Positions 19,134 to 29,384 of a stretch of DNA of 64,000 bases are shown piece after piece. Source of the DNA: an uncultured Bacteroidota bacterium (lineage in GTDB: Bacteria; Bacteroidota; Bacteroidia; Flavobacteriales; Flavobacteriaceae); NCBI GenBank assembly GCA_902622595.1, contig CACNQM010000006.1, forward strand, positions 22,399 to 86,398, written 5' to 3'. Under the pieces are notes generated by a model. It saw nothing but the letters and a program-made list of their open reading frames with translations, was not told the origin of the DNA and made no database searches. Position 1 is the stretch's first letter. Each line of letters begins with the position of its first letter. A program made the position numbers and the translations under genes.

Positions 19134-19851
19134 AATATATTCTAAAACTGAATCCTAGATTAAAAAAAAATAGATCATTGTTTAAACCTTTTCCAATTGA
19201 TAAATCAAATTGTCTGTCATTATCCAGTATATACATTAATCCTGAATTAAAATTAAGATTAGAAAGGTCTGTAGATGAATTACCATATAATTCAAAAAAT
19301 ATTGAAAAGGAACTAAGAGTTTTAACGTAAATAAATGAATATTTTAATAGATCATCATAATTGGTAAATTTATTATACCCAATATTATATCCAATTTTTG
19401 TATCAGAAGTTAAATTGTGAGAGAATAATAATTTGTTAAAAAAGCCATATTCATTATAAGAGAAAACCTCTGGTGCTGTTGGGATTGAAAGATATGTTAA
19501 AAAACTAATATTAAACTTGTTTTCAGTTTTTTCAATAATTCTAAACTTAGAACCAATCTCAAAGTCGTCGAAAGAAGACTTTTTTTGAAATGAAATTTCA
19601 TCATTAATTATGTAGTTACTATTTATTCTTAATTCTAGACCATCAAATATTCCAATTCTAATTAATGAGTTAATATCTGATTGTATTTCTTGAATATTAA
19701 TACCACTTTCAATTTGAATATTGCCCTTTTCAATAACAAACGGTGAATCAGTCTGACTAGGTCTGTCAGTCAATATCTGAGAATATATATTTGATGCTTG
19801 AATTAATATTAGTAGAAAAAGTAGTTTATTTTTCATAAATATTTTTCGCAA
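19132..19851 (-). CDS. putative outer-membrane beta-barrel protein
   Basis: 239 aa. Signal peptide, alternating hydrophobic beta-strand pattern, and C-terminal aromatic residues (FSFRIY). Confidence 0.55.
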   Translation of the reverse strand: MRKIFMKNKLLFLLILIQASNIYSQILTDRPSQTDSPFVIEKGNIQIESGINIQEIQSDINSLIRIGIFDGLELRINSNYIINDEISFQKKSSFDDFEIGSKFRIIEKTENKFNISFLTYLSIPTAPEVFSYNEYGFFNKLLFSHNLTSDTKIGYNIGYNKFTNYDDLLKYSFIYVKTLSSFSIFFELYGNSSTDLSNLNFNSGLMYILDNDRQFDLSIGKGLNNDLFFFNLGFSFRIY

Positions 19852-21028
19852 TGAAGTTACTACCTGTTATTAATATTAAATCTTTATCTGTACAATCCTT
19901 TTTTACAGCCTTTAGTAATCTTTTGGCGTTATCATCAAAGATAATATTTCTTCCTACATTTTGAATTAATTCATTGAAGGTCATGCCTCTTTCCATATTT
20001 AGAGATGTATAGTAAATTTTTGAATCGATAGGTAGTTCAGCTATCAGCTCTTTTATATTCTTTCCTTTAACAAAACTAAGAATAACATGAAGTTTATCAT
20101 AGCTAACTTTTTCCAGTTGAGATGAAATAATTTTAAATCCTGCTAGATTGTGGGCTGCATCAAATATAACTCTAGGATTCTCACTTAACATCGACCATCT
20201 TCCAATTAGGTGACAATTTTTGTTAATATTAGATATACCAGTGATAATTGAGTTATTGTCAACATTTTCAATATTTAGTGCTTTACAAGTATAAATGGCA
20301 GTCTTAATATTAGTATTCAGATAATTTACACTAGAGTATTGTTTTTGGTCATTATAATCTGGGACAAATGTTATTTTAGAAGAAACCTCATTTGCTTTAT
20401 TTATAAAAATTTCATCTACAGAATCATTTCTTTCTCCTATAATTATAGTGGAGTTTTTTTTAAAAATTCCTGCCTTTTCCAAAGCAATCATTTCTAGTGA
20501 GTTTCCAAGAATATCTGTATGATCATATGAGATATTAGTTATTACAGAAATCAATGGATTAATTATATTTGTTGCATCTAATCTACCTCCTAACCCTACT
20601 TCAATAACTCCATAATCTACATCATTATGAACAAAATAGGCTAAAGAAATACAAAACGAAAGCTCAAAAAAACTTAACTCTAATTCCTCTATTAAACTCT
20701 TGTATTTGTTAACAAAATCAACAATAAAAGATTTGCTTATTTTTTGATTATTTATTTTTATTCTTTCCCTAAAATCAAAAAAATGTGGAGAGGAAAAAAT
20801 TCCAACTTGATAATTAGACTCTTGTAAAATAGATGAAATGTATGATGATGTACTGCCTTTTCCGTTTGTACCACCAACATGTATAAGATTTAGGCTATCA
20901 ATGGGTAAATCTAGAATAGATACAAACTTTACAACATTTTTTAGGCCAGGGTTATATGCTTTTTTCCCAATAGCTTGATATGAAGGTAATCTACTTAAAA
21001 CCCAATTTTCTGTACTCTTATAGTCCAA
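19826..21028 (-). CDS. folC: bifunctional folylpolyglutamate synthase / dihydrofolate synthase
   Basis: 400 aa with the Mur-ligase P-loop HVGGTNGKGST and the usual FolC domain order. Confidence 0.88.
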   Translation of the reverse strand: MDYKSTENWVLSRLPSYQAIGKKAYNPGLKNVVKFVSILDLPIDSLNLIHVGGTNGKGSTSSYISSILQESNYQVGIFSSPHFFDFRERIKINNQKISKSFIVDFVNKYKSLIEELELSFFELSFCISLAYFVHNDVDYGVIEVGLGGRLDATNIINPLISVITNISYDHTDILGNSLEMIALEKAGIFKKNSTIIIGERNDSVDEIFINKANEVSSKITFVPDYNDQKQYSSVNYLNTNIKTAIYTCKALNIENVDNNSIITGISNINKNCHLIGRWSMLSENPRVIFDAAHNLAGFKIISSQLEKVSYDKLHVILSFVKGKNIKELIAELPIDSKIYYTSLNMERGMTFNELIQNVGRNIIFDDNAKRLLKAVKKDCTDKDLILITGSNFIAKNIYEK

Positions 21029-21032
21029 TATA

Positions 21033-22358
21033 TTATACTAATACATATGCTTCAAGAAGAACAAAAGTTATAAATCCAGAAATAAATCCAATAAAAGCTA
21101 GCCAACCAATCTTCTTTAGATACCAGAAAAATTCAATTTTCTCCATACCCATTGCAACAACTCCTGCTGCAGATCCAATTACTAATACACTACCACCTGT
21201 TCCAGCTGAATATGCTATTAAATGCCATAGAGAATCATCAATTGGCTGGGAGAACATACCTATTGAAGCAGCAACCAATGGAACATTATCAATTACAGCA
21301 GAACCAAGACCTAAAAGACCTGCAACAATTCTTATGTCTGGTATTACTACCTCTAAATACTGCGCAAACTGAAATAAATAACCAATAGATTCTAGAGCAG
21401 CCACAGCCATTAAAATTCCTAAAAAGAAAAGTATACTTGGTAATTCAATTTTTGTTAAAGCACTATGAACAGGACTTTTACTATGCATTATACTATCATC
21501 GTTAGGAGTGGTAATATTAAACTTTGTTCCACTAAATATTTCGGCAAAAGTTGCAACGATAGCTAATGATAACATCATCCCAACATATGGAGGTAGACCA
21601 GTTATAACCTTGAAAATAGGAACAAATATTATTCCACCTAATCCTAACCATAACATTGTAGTTCCTATTCTTGTAATGTTACTTTCATCATTATCAACAC
21701 TTCCAACATTTCCTTTAAAAGGCTTAAGAAATGATGCAGCATAAACTGGAACAACCATACATACTATCGATGGAATGAAAACATAATATAATAACATGGG
21801 AACTGTAACCTTATCTGCTATCCATAACATAGTTGTTGTGACATCACCAATCGGAGACCAAGCACCGCCTGCATTAGCAGAAATTACAATTAAACCAGCA
21901 AACCATAATCTTAAATTTTTATCTCTAATAATCTTTTGTAAGATTGTAATCAAGACAATTGTTGCAGTCAAGTTATCAATTATTGCAGATAATATAAAAG
22001 CCAAGATGGCAAATATCCATAATAATCTTTTCTTAGATTTTGTTCTTATAAATGATTTGATCTTTTCAAACCCATTGTAATAATCGATTATTTCGACTAT
22101 TGTCATTGCCCCCAAAAGAAATATTAGTATTTCTGATGTGTGAGAAAGATGATAAGCCATTATTTTTTTGACTTTTGTAGGTATTAATTCCCGCAATTCA
22201 GTGTCTACCTCAAAAACAGGTATGTTAAAAATCGCTATGATTGCCCACAAAAAGGCCATCATTCCAAGCGCAGGGATTAGCTTATCAATCCTTAGACTAT
22301 GCTCAAGTGTAATAAGCAGATAACCTGCAATAAAAATTCCTAATAAAATTGTTTCCAT
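21033..22358 (-). CDS. nhaD: Na+/H+ antiporter, NhaD family
   Basis: 441 aa polytopic membrane protein with SAIIDNLTAT and VIDNVPLVAA motifs. Confidence 0.8.
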   Translation of the reverse strand: METILLGIFIAGYLLITLEHSLRIDKLIPALGMMAFLWAIIAIFNIPVFEVDTELRELIPTKVKKIMAYHLSHTSEILIFLLGAMTIVEIIDYYNGFEKIKSFIRTKSKKRLLWIFAILAFILSAIIDNLTATIVLITILQKIIRDKNLRLWFAGLIVISANAGGAWSPIGDVTTTMLWIADKVTVPMLLYYVFIPSIVCMVVPVYAASFLKPFKGNVGSVDNDESNITRIGTTMLWLGLGGIIFVPIFKVITGLPPYVGMMLSLAIVATFAEIFSGTKFNITTPNDDSIMHSKSPVHSALTKIELPSILFFLGILMAVAALESIGYLFQFAQYLEVVIPDIRIVAGLLGLGSAVIDNVPLVAASIGMFSQPIDDSLWHLIAYSAGTGGSVLVIGSAAGVVAMGMEKIEFFWYLKKIGWLAFIGFISGFITFVLLEAYVLV

Positions 22359-22369
22359 TTAAAAAAGTT

Positions 22370-23065
22370 TTATTCCCATGATTTAAGCATAACTCTTGTT
22401 ATGCTCCTAGTATATTCCTCATCTCTGGTAGCTTCCAACCAATCAACAATTGCTTTAGATTCATCTTGATTCGCTGCACTTCCAAAATCTAAAGCAGAAA
22501 TTAAATCCGGATAAGTTACATATATATAGTGTGTCTCGCCATTCTCAACTCCGTGAGTGGTTTGACCAATCGATACATAACCGGATGAATCACCAAAAAC
22601 GGACATCAAATTAGCAAAAGCACTGATAAATTTTGAAGGATTTTTAACCTTCCATTGATGGGATTGAGCAATTGTCTCTTGCCATTTGTCAATATTATAT
22701 CTAACCAGAGTCACTCCTGCAGTAACTGAAAATCCTTCTCTATTTGTTAGAGAGTTTAGCTTAGATAGATATGCATCCCATTCTGAAGTAAGTTTTCTTG
22801 CTTCAAATTCAACAAGACTTTCTTTTGAACCAGCTAAATTTAGAATATGAGTAGCCTTTTCACTCTGACCTTTATATTCAATACTCCAAAGTGAAACTCT
22901 TATTCCCTCTGGAATTTCAATATTAGAGTAAAATCCGTCAATAAGGTTAAATACGGCTTGTGTGTTTTCAAATGGCACATTTAAATTTACATTTTGCCAT
23001 GTAATATTTTGCGCGCATAATGAAAAAGAAAATAAAGTAGTTAAAGTTATAAAAGCTTTTCTCAT
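22370..23065 (-). CDS. secreted protein of unknown function, paralog C
   Basis: 231 aa. Signal peptide ending LCA|QN. Motifs DGFYSNIEIPEG, ATHILN, GYVSIGQ and ETHYIYVTYPD match paralog A. Confidence 0.85.
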   Translation of the reverse strand: MRKAFITLTTLFSFSLCAQNITWQNVNLNVPFENTQAVFNLIDGFYSNIEIPEGIRVSLWSIEYKGQSEKATHILNLAGSKESLVEFEARKLTSEWDAYLSKLNSLTNREGFSVTAGVTLVRYNIDKWQETIAQSHQWKVKNPSKFISAFANLMSVFGDSSGYVSIGQTTHGVENGETHYIYVTYPDLISALDFGSAANQDESKAIVDWLEATRDEEYTRSITRVMLKSWE

Positions 23066-23110
23066 AGATGATTCAAGGTAAACAACTAATTTATTAAAAA
23101 AAATTAAATA

Positions 23111-24166
23111 TTATGGATTATATATTATTCCAGAACAATGATCTTTTTTTGCTCCAGTAACTGAAGAATAACAATTATTTATTTTTAAAACCCTTAATAA
23201 ACCTAAAAAGGAAAAAATCAAAGCTTCTTTATATTCAATTATATTTGGATCTGGAATGGTTAATTTTGAATTAGTTAATTTTTTTATTCTCTCAATAAGA
23301 TAATCATTATATGCACCACCACCTGTAATTAATACTTGATCCTGTTCTCCAATATTTTTTGCAATTTGAAATGCAAAATGATTTGAAAATGTGTTCATTA
23401 AATCTTTAATTGGAGTATCTTGAAAGTTCTTTAAAATGGAATGAATTTGACTGTTGACCCATTCAACACCCAATGATTTTGGGGGCTTCTGTTTATAATA
23501 ATTTAATCTTTGTAAATGATCATATAATTCCTCATTGATATTTCCAGTAGATGCAATATACCCTCGATCATCATATTTATATTCCATTTTTCTTGATAAA
23601 TGGTTGAATACAATATTTATTGGGCAAATATCATATGCAATTAAATTATCTTTATTTTTCCTTGTTATATTGGCAAATCCACCAAGATTTATTAATGTAT
23701 TATATTCAGGAAAAAGGTACTCTTCACCGACAGGAACTAGAGGTGCACCCTGACCACCTAATTTTACATCTTGAACTCTAAAATCACAAACGACCTTTTG
23801 ATTAATATATTTTGCAAGAATTGGTAAATTTCCAATTTGATATGTTAATGAATTTGATGGTTGATGTAATGCAGTATGTCCATGAGAACTTATAAAGTCA
23901 ATTTCTTGTATTGAGAATTCATTTATAAAATCCTTAATATATTTTGATAAAAGCCTAGTGTAATCAATATTGATTTTTTCTATTAAATGTATTTTTTTTT
24001 GACTTATATCTTTTAATAAAACATTCCATTTTTTTTTGTACTTATAAGTTTTTGAATTTATTATTTCATACTTCCAATATTTATCTAGTTTAAAATTTAC
24101 ATAAACAATATCAACACCATCTAATGATGTCCCTGACATTAATCCAATTACATTATAATCTTTCAT
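23111..24166 (-). CDS. anmK: anhydro-N-acetylmuramic acid kinase
   Basis: 351 aa. N-terminal GLMSGTSLDGVD and the GGGAYN motif. Confidence 0.9.
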   Translation of the reverse strand: MKDYNVIGLMSGTSLDGVDIVYVNFKLDKYWKYEIINSKTYKYKKKWNVLLKDISQKKIHLIEKINIDYTRLLSKYIKDFINEFSIQEIDFISSHGHTALHQPSNSLTYQIGNLPILAKYINQKVVCDFRVQDVKLGGQGAPLVPVGEEYLFPEYNTLINLGGFANITRKNKDNLIAYDICPINIVFNHLSRKMEYKYDDRGYIASTGNINEELYDHLQRLNYYKQKPPKSLGVEWVNSQIHSILKNFQDTPIKDLMNTFSNHFAFQIAKNIGEQDQVLITGGGAYNDYLIERIKKLTNSKLTIPDPNIIEYKEALIFSFLGLLRVLKINNCYSSVTGAKKDHCSGIIYNP

Positions 24167-24172
24167 AAAATA

Positions 24173-26293
24173 TTACTGGAAAAAATTCCAAACTAATCCA
24201 AATCTAACTGATAAGTCTCTGTAAGGGTTAAATATATCGGAATAAAAATCATAACCCGTGAATGAGCTATTAAGATGCTCAACTTTAATAAAAACTCTAG
24301 TTTGTTGAATTTTAGCATTAAAGAAAAAATCAAACCTAGGATAGTTACCAATCTCTTTGTAATTTTGAGTTACAAATTCTGATAATAATGGATTGTAATA
24401 ATCTGCATAAAACTTAGTAAAATAATTAAATGTTATGCCTGTTTGAATATAAAGAGAATTGTTAAAAACATTTTTTGAGTACATTAATGTGTTTCTTGTT
24501 ATCCATTCTGGTACATTAAGAGTAGCTAATCCATCAATCACTAATTCTTGATCTTTTTGCTGGTATTGACCTGTATTTACAAAACTGAAATTCCCAAAAT
24601 CAACTTTACTAAATAATTTAATCTTAAGATACTTTATTTCATTTTCTATTTGATTTGGAGCTACTTTTCGATATAAATCCATCTCTCCATTTAATGCGTT
24701 TGTTAATTCTCTAAAAAAGGTATAATTATTAATACTAGAGTATTCACCAGTTAATTTTATTAGGTCCTTATATGATATTTCAGTTGATAGAGAAAATACT
24801 TCTTGATTTTTTAGATTAGGATTATACCAGTTGTATTCTTTATATGCGCTTCTGTATAAAATATAATTTAAATTAGGAGAGTAACTACCCTGTAATGCGT
24901 TAAATTTAATTTCTAAATTCTTAATTGAATTAGATAAAAAAGATAATTGAAGATAGTCGGAGATAAAACTCTTCTTTAAGGATTTATTAAATTCAAATTC
25001 AAATTCAAAATATTTAAATTTTTTATCGAACTCAACTAGAAAAATAGATTGTTTGTTATCAAGTGTATATCCTAATTCACTGTTTTCAATCTGATATTCT
25101 TTAAATCTATTACTATAATTAAAATTAGATAAATTAATTTTTAATCTTCCTATTTTGTTTAGATTTGATTGAACATAGATTGTGCTTTTCTGAAGATTAT
25201 ATCTGTACTTATCAGAGACGTTTATCCCCTCATATACTTCCCCAAACAAAGCATTAGATCGTTGGTCATTATATTCAATTTTTTTATATTCATGTTTGTA
25301 CTGAGCTCCAACTGAAAGCATTGAAATATCTTTTTCATTATTATAAATTAATGATCTACTAAAATCCAGAAATGCTCTTTTTGAATAAAATGAACTTTCA
25401 GAAACCAAAACTGTAGGCAACCTAGACCTATCAAGATATCCGTCATACTCAATCATCTCAAACGATCCATCTTCATTCTCGATTTGATTTCCAAAATTAT
25501 CTAAAACAAAATAATTAGGTGCCTGCTCAAAAAAATATATACCATCAGCAGTCAACCCGCCACTTTCTTGATTAAATAAATTTTGTGAGGTCAAGTGAAA
25601 CTTAAATATTGATTTATTATTTTTTGAATTGAAGTTTGTTGATAATCTGAATTGATTTCCTCTTGACCTTGTATTAAGATATTTACCTAGGGACTTGTAT
25701 CCTTTGTGAGCAAGTGTAAAGTTAAATTCAGGAGAGAGGTTAATTGAAACTAATGCATCAAGGATTTGACCTTGCTCAAATGTTGACCTTGCATAAATTT
25801 CAGTGAAAGGGGTTGGAACATTATAGTAACCAATATCTTCTTCTTCATAATAATTTAAGTGTTTTGCTTCTGCGCCTAATTTTGGATAATCAAATTTGTC
25901 ATTAAAACTATATCCTAATTTATTATATGACTGTCCAACATTTGTCATTTTTAAAAGCTCAAAAATGTCTTGTCTAAGAAAATTAAACTTATAGTCTTTA
26001 TATATTGTTAAAGATGTGTCAACAGTTTCAACTCTTCCATCTAAATAAAAAATTTTATAAAAACTAGCATCTAATATATCATCTTTAGTTCCTTCTCCAG
26101 TTGCCCCTTCTTGAGGTTTTTCTTTACCCTTTAAATCCCTTGAAACATTAGCTAACGTATCCTTAACTTTAGTTATAGTTTCTTCTTTAATTACCCCCTG
26201 TTGAGGTTTTTCTTTACCCTCGAGATTCCTTGATTGAGAAAATATAATAGTGTGAGTTAAAAAAAAAGATAAAACCAGAAAAAACTTCTGCAT
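24173..26293 (-). CDS. putative outer-membrane porin / large beta-barrel protein
   Basis: 706 aa. Signal peptide, Tyr/Asn/Phe-rich beta-strand composition, C-terminal GLVWNFFQ. Recalled as the flavobacterial 'putative porin' family. Confidence 0.55.
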   Translation of the reverse strand: MQKFFLVLSFFLTHTIIFSQSRNLEGKEKPQQGVIKEETITKVKDTLANVSRDLKGKEKPQEGATGEGTKDDILDASFYKIFYLDGRVETVDTSLTIYKDYKFNFLRQDIFELLKMTNVGQSYNKLGYSFNDKFDYPKLGAEAKHLNYYEEEDIGYYNVPTPFTEIYARSTFEQGQILDALVSINLSPEFNFTLAHKGYKSLGKYLNTRSRGNQFRLSTNFNSKNNKSIFKFHLTSQNLFNQESGGLTADGIYFFEQAPNYFVLDNFGNQIENEDGSFEMIEYDGYLDRSRLPTVLVSESSFYSKRAFLDFSRSLIYNNEKDISMLSVGAQYKHEYKKIEYNDQRSNALFGEVYEGINVSDKYRYNLQKSTIYVQSNLNKIGRLKINLSNFNYSNRFKEYQIENSELGYTLDNKQSIFLVEFDKKFKYFEFEFEFNKSLKKSFISDYLQLSFLSNSIKNLEIKFNALQGSYSPNLNYILYRSAYKEYNWYNPNLKNQEVFSLSTEISYKDLIKLTGEYSSINNYTFFRELTNALNGEMDLYRKVAPNQIENEIKYLKIKLFSKVDFGNFSFVNTGQYQQKDQELVIDGLATLNVPEWITRNTLMYSKNVFNNSLYIQTGITFNYFTKFYADYYNPLLSEFVTQNYKEIGNYPRFDFFFNAKIQQTRVFIKVEHLNSSFTGYDFYSDIFNPYRDLSVRFGLVWNFFQ
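26104..26240 (-). repeat. in-frame 90-nt-period duplication in the porin N-terminus
   Basis: An identical 20-mer TTGAGGTTTTTCTTTACCCT occurs at 26111..26130 and 26201..26220. It encodes L(E/K)GKEKPQ(Q/E)G twice. Confidence 0.8.
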
Positions 26294-26349
26294 GTATTTT
26301 GTAATTTCATACTAAGTTAATGTTTCTTTATAAATTTTGATTTTCTGTA

Positions 26350-26955
26350 ATGTTAAAGAGTAATTTTTCTGATTCAAATTTTGAAGCTGGTGTTGATGAA
26401 GTGGGAAGAGGCAGTTTAGCTGGGCCAATTACTGCTGCTGCTGTTATATTACCAAAAGATTATAGAAATGATGAATTAAATGATTCAAAGAAATTATCTG
26501 AAAAAAAAAGAAATGAATTAAAAAGCATTATAGAAAAAGACTCGATTGACTTTGCTGTTTTTTCTATTGCCCCATCTACGATTGATAAAATCAATATACT
26601 AAATTCTTCATTTGAAGCTATGCATGGCGCATTATGTAATTTAAAAACAACTCCGAGTTTTATTATAGTGGATGGAAATAAATTTAAAAAATTTAAAAAT
26701 ATAGATTATAAATGTATTGTGAAGGGTGACACTAAATATCAAAATATTGCTGCAGCATCAATACTTGCAAAAAGTTATAGAGATTTATACATGATTGATC
26801 AACACAAAAGATTTCCTGTTTTTGGATGGGACAAAAATAAAGGATACGGAACTAAGTTTCATATTTTAAATATTGAGAAACATGGCATTACAGAGCTTCA
26901 CCGAAAAAGTTTTTTAGTTAAAAGATCACAAACTAAACTGGAATTAAAATTATGA
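26350..26955 (+). CDS. rnhB: ribonuclease HII
   Basis: 201 aa with GVDEVGRGSLAGPI and AASILAK motifs. Confidence 0.93.
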   Translation: MLKSNFSDSNFEAGVDEVGRGSLAGPITAAAVILPKDYRNDELNDSKKLSEKKRNELKSIIEKDSIDFAVFSIAPSTIDKINILNSSFEAMHGALCNLKTTPSFIIVDGNKFKKFKNIDYKCIVKGDTKYQNIAAASILAKSYRDLYMIDQHKRFPVFGWDKNKGYGTKFHILNIEKHGITELHRKSFLVKRSQTKLELKL

Positions 26956-29384
26956 AATTTAAATTATTTTTACTGGCTTCACTCTTAGTTTACTCTTGTA
27001 ATAATTCAGATAACGAATTCATTTCACTTTACAGCTTTTTGCCCGAAGACTCCTCAGTGATTGTCAATATAAATAATTTGAACAACACAAAAGAGATTTT
27101 AGATAATAATGAGTTATTACCAAGTGTATTATCATCAACACATGAAATTTCAGCACAATTAAATTTATTATCAAAAAAAAAATCAGATAAGAATGGAATT
27201 CTTTCTTTGTCTAGTTTTGGTAAAGATGAGATTGCCTTCACATATATTAGAAAGTCTAATTCATTTGATTCAATTCAAGAATATGATATATTGAAAAATA
27301 CATATCTAAAGAGTGAAATCTTTGTAGAGGAGACTGATGGAAATGAGGTCCATAAGGTTATTATCGATGAATACATCATAAGTTCTAATAAGGATATAAT
27401 CTTAGAAAATATAATTAGGGATTTTTATTCAAAAAAAAGTAACCTTGATTCTGAATTCAACAAAATTTTAAATACCACTGATTTTGACGAACCATTCAAT
27501 ATTTTTACTAAATCTTATAATCTAAATTCTTTTAAAAAAGATTTATCTGAAATGTCATTTTTTCCTAAATCTAACACATCATGGGTGGCTTATGATTTTA
27601 AAAACTCTCTTGAAAATCTTTATTTAACTGGCATAACAAGAATAAGTGACAGTATTAACGGAAAAATTTCTATTTTAAAAAATTTAGTTCCATCTAGGAC
27701 AAAAACAGATAAAGTTATTCCAAATTCATTTTCAACTTTTTTAACATTTGTAATAAATGATTCTGAGAGATTCATATTTAATTTTAAAGACTATTTAAAG
27801 TTTAATGATCTATCTACAGAAAACTTAAATTTTAATTCGCTAAATATTGTTGATGAAATAAGTTTTGTTGAAGATCAAGAAAAATTTGTAATTCTTAGCC
27901 TTATAAATAAGGAACAAATAGATAGTTATTTCAGATTAGAATATTTTGATGACAATTACAATATCAAAAAAATTGATTTAAGTGAAGATGTAAATATTCT
28001 TTTTAGAAATGTTGATAGTGAAATCTCTGGAGAGTATGCAGTTTTATTAGGAGATTTACTAGTAATAACAAAGTCATTATCACAAATAAAAAAAATAATT
28101 AATTCACAAAATATTAATGACAATCTCGGTTCAAATGAAAAATATTTAAGCTTTAAAGAACAGAAATCAGACAGTTACTCTTTTTTGTGGATTGGTAACA
28201 ACAATTCTATTAACTCAAAGATTATAAATGATTACAATATAGATAGCGAAGTATACCCATATAGATCGTTTAGCGGAAGAGTAAATAAAAACATTGCACT
28301 TTTAGAGTTTAATTTATCTAAAGCTGAAATAAAAACTTCTGATGAGGATGTTTATACTGAATTTTTCGTAACGTTTGATCAAGAAATAATTTCAGATCCA
28401 AAATGGCTAAAAAATCATTTAAATAATGAATTTGACATTGCATTTCAAGACAGCGATAATTATCTAAATTATCTAACTAATAAAGGGAATCTTAATTGGA
28501 AAAAAAAGTTATCAGGGAAAATTATAGGTGATATTAAACAAGTAGATATATATAAAAATGGCAGACAACAAATGATGTTTCGAACTAATGAAAAGCTATA
28601 CTTACTAGATAGAAATGGAAATGAAGTCAAGCAACTGAGTTTTCCAATTAATTCAAATTTCTCCAACATACCCATCTCAATATTTGATTATGAAAAGAAC
28701 CGAAATTATAGATTTTTAATATCTGTCGATAATAAAATAAATATGTACGATTCAAATGGAAAGATTGTTAGCGGTTTTAGACCCCCAATTTTTGAGTCAA
28801 AAATAATTAATAATCCAGTTCACATAAGAATTAATGGTAAAGATTATATTGTAGTCCAATTGGAAGATGGTAGTTTAAAAATTTTAGATAGAAGGGGAAG
28901 AGATAGAATAATTGTTGATAACAAAATTCAGTATAGCGGTAACTCAATTTATAGCTATTTGGAACAATTTACAACAACTGATAAATTAGGTAATCTTATC
29001 AAAATTGACACAAAAGGTAATTTAGTAAAAGAAAATATAAACTTATCAGTTGAAAATTTTATCGATATAGTTGACAACAATATAGTTTACTTAAATGAGA
29101 ATAGGTTAACAATTAAAGGAATAAATGTTGAGCTACCTTTTAGTAAGTTTTCAAAGCCAAAAATATTTATTGATTCAAAGACTACATTAGTTAGTATAAC
29201 GGACTTGACAAATAATGAAATCTACTTATACAGAGATAATGGTAAACTTCTCAAGGGATTCCCAATTAAAGGAAGCTCAGTGATTGATATAAAAGATTCT
29301 GATAATGATGGCAAATTAGAGATAATATCTGCGATTGATAACTTTTCAATTGTATCCTATGAAATTAATTTGTCTCAAAATTAA
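26952..29384 (+). CDS. large lipoprotein of unknown function with C-terminal propeller-like repeats
   Basis: 810 aa. Lipobox LVYSC. The start overlaps the rnhB stop (ATGA). The C-terminal third has repeated x-D-x-x-G-x-x-hydrophobic-x-GFP units and ends with DSDNDGKLEII. Confidence 0.7.
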   Translation: MKFKLFLLASLLVYSCNNSDNEFISLYSFLPEDSSVIVNINNLNNTKEILDNNELLPSVLSSTHEISAQLNLLSKKKSDKNGILSLSSFGKDEIAFTYIRKSNSFDSIQEYDILKNTYLKSEIFVEETDGNEVHKVIIDEYIISSNKDIILENIIRDFYSKKSNLDSEFNKILNTTDFDEPFNIFTKSYNLNSFKKDLSEMSFFPKSNTSWVAYDFKNSLENLYLTGITRISDSINGKISILKNLVPSRTKTDKVIPNSFSTFLTFVINDSERFIFNFKDYLKFNDLSTENLNFNSLNIVDEISFVEDQEKFVILSLINKEQIDSYFRLEYFDDNYNIKKIDLSEDVNILFRNVDSEISGEYAVLLGDLLVITKSLSQIKKIINSQNINDNLGSNEKYLSFKEQKSDSYSFLWIGNNNSINSKIINDYNIDSEVYPYRSFSGRVNKNIALLEFNLSKAEIKTSDEDVYTEFFVTFDQEIISDPKWLKNHLNNEFDIAFQDSDNYLNYLTNKGNLNWKKKLSGKIIGDIKQVDIYKNGRQQMMFRTNEKLYLLDRNGNEVKQLSFPINSNFSNIPISIFDYEKNRNYRFLISVDNKINMYDSNGKIVSGFRPPIFESKIINNPVHIRINGKDYIVVQLEDGSLKILDRRGRDRIIVDNKIQYSGNSIYSYLEQFTTTDKLGNLIKIDTKGNLVKENINLSVENFIDIVDNNIVYLNENRLTIKGINVELPFSKFSKPKIFIDSKTTLVSITDLTNNEIYLYRDNGKLLKGFPIKGSSVIDIKDSDNDGKLEIISAIDNFSIVSYEINLSQN

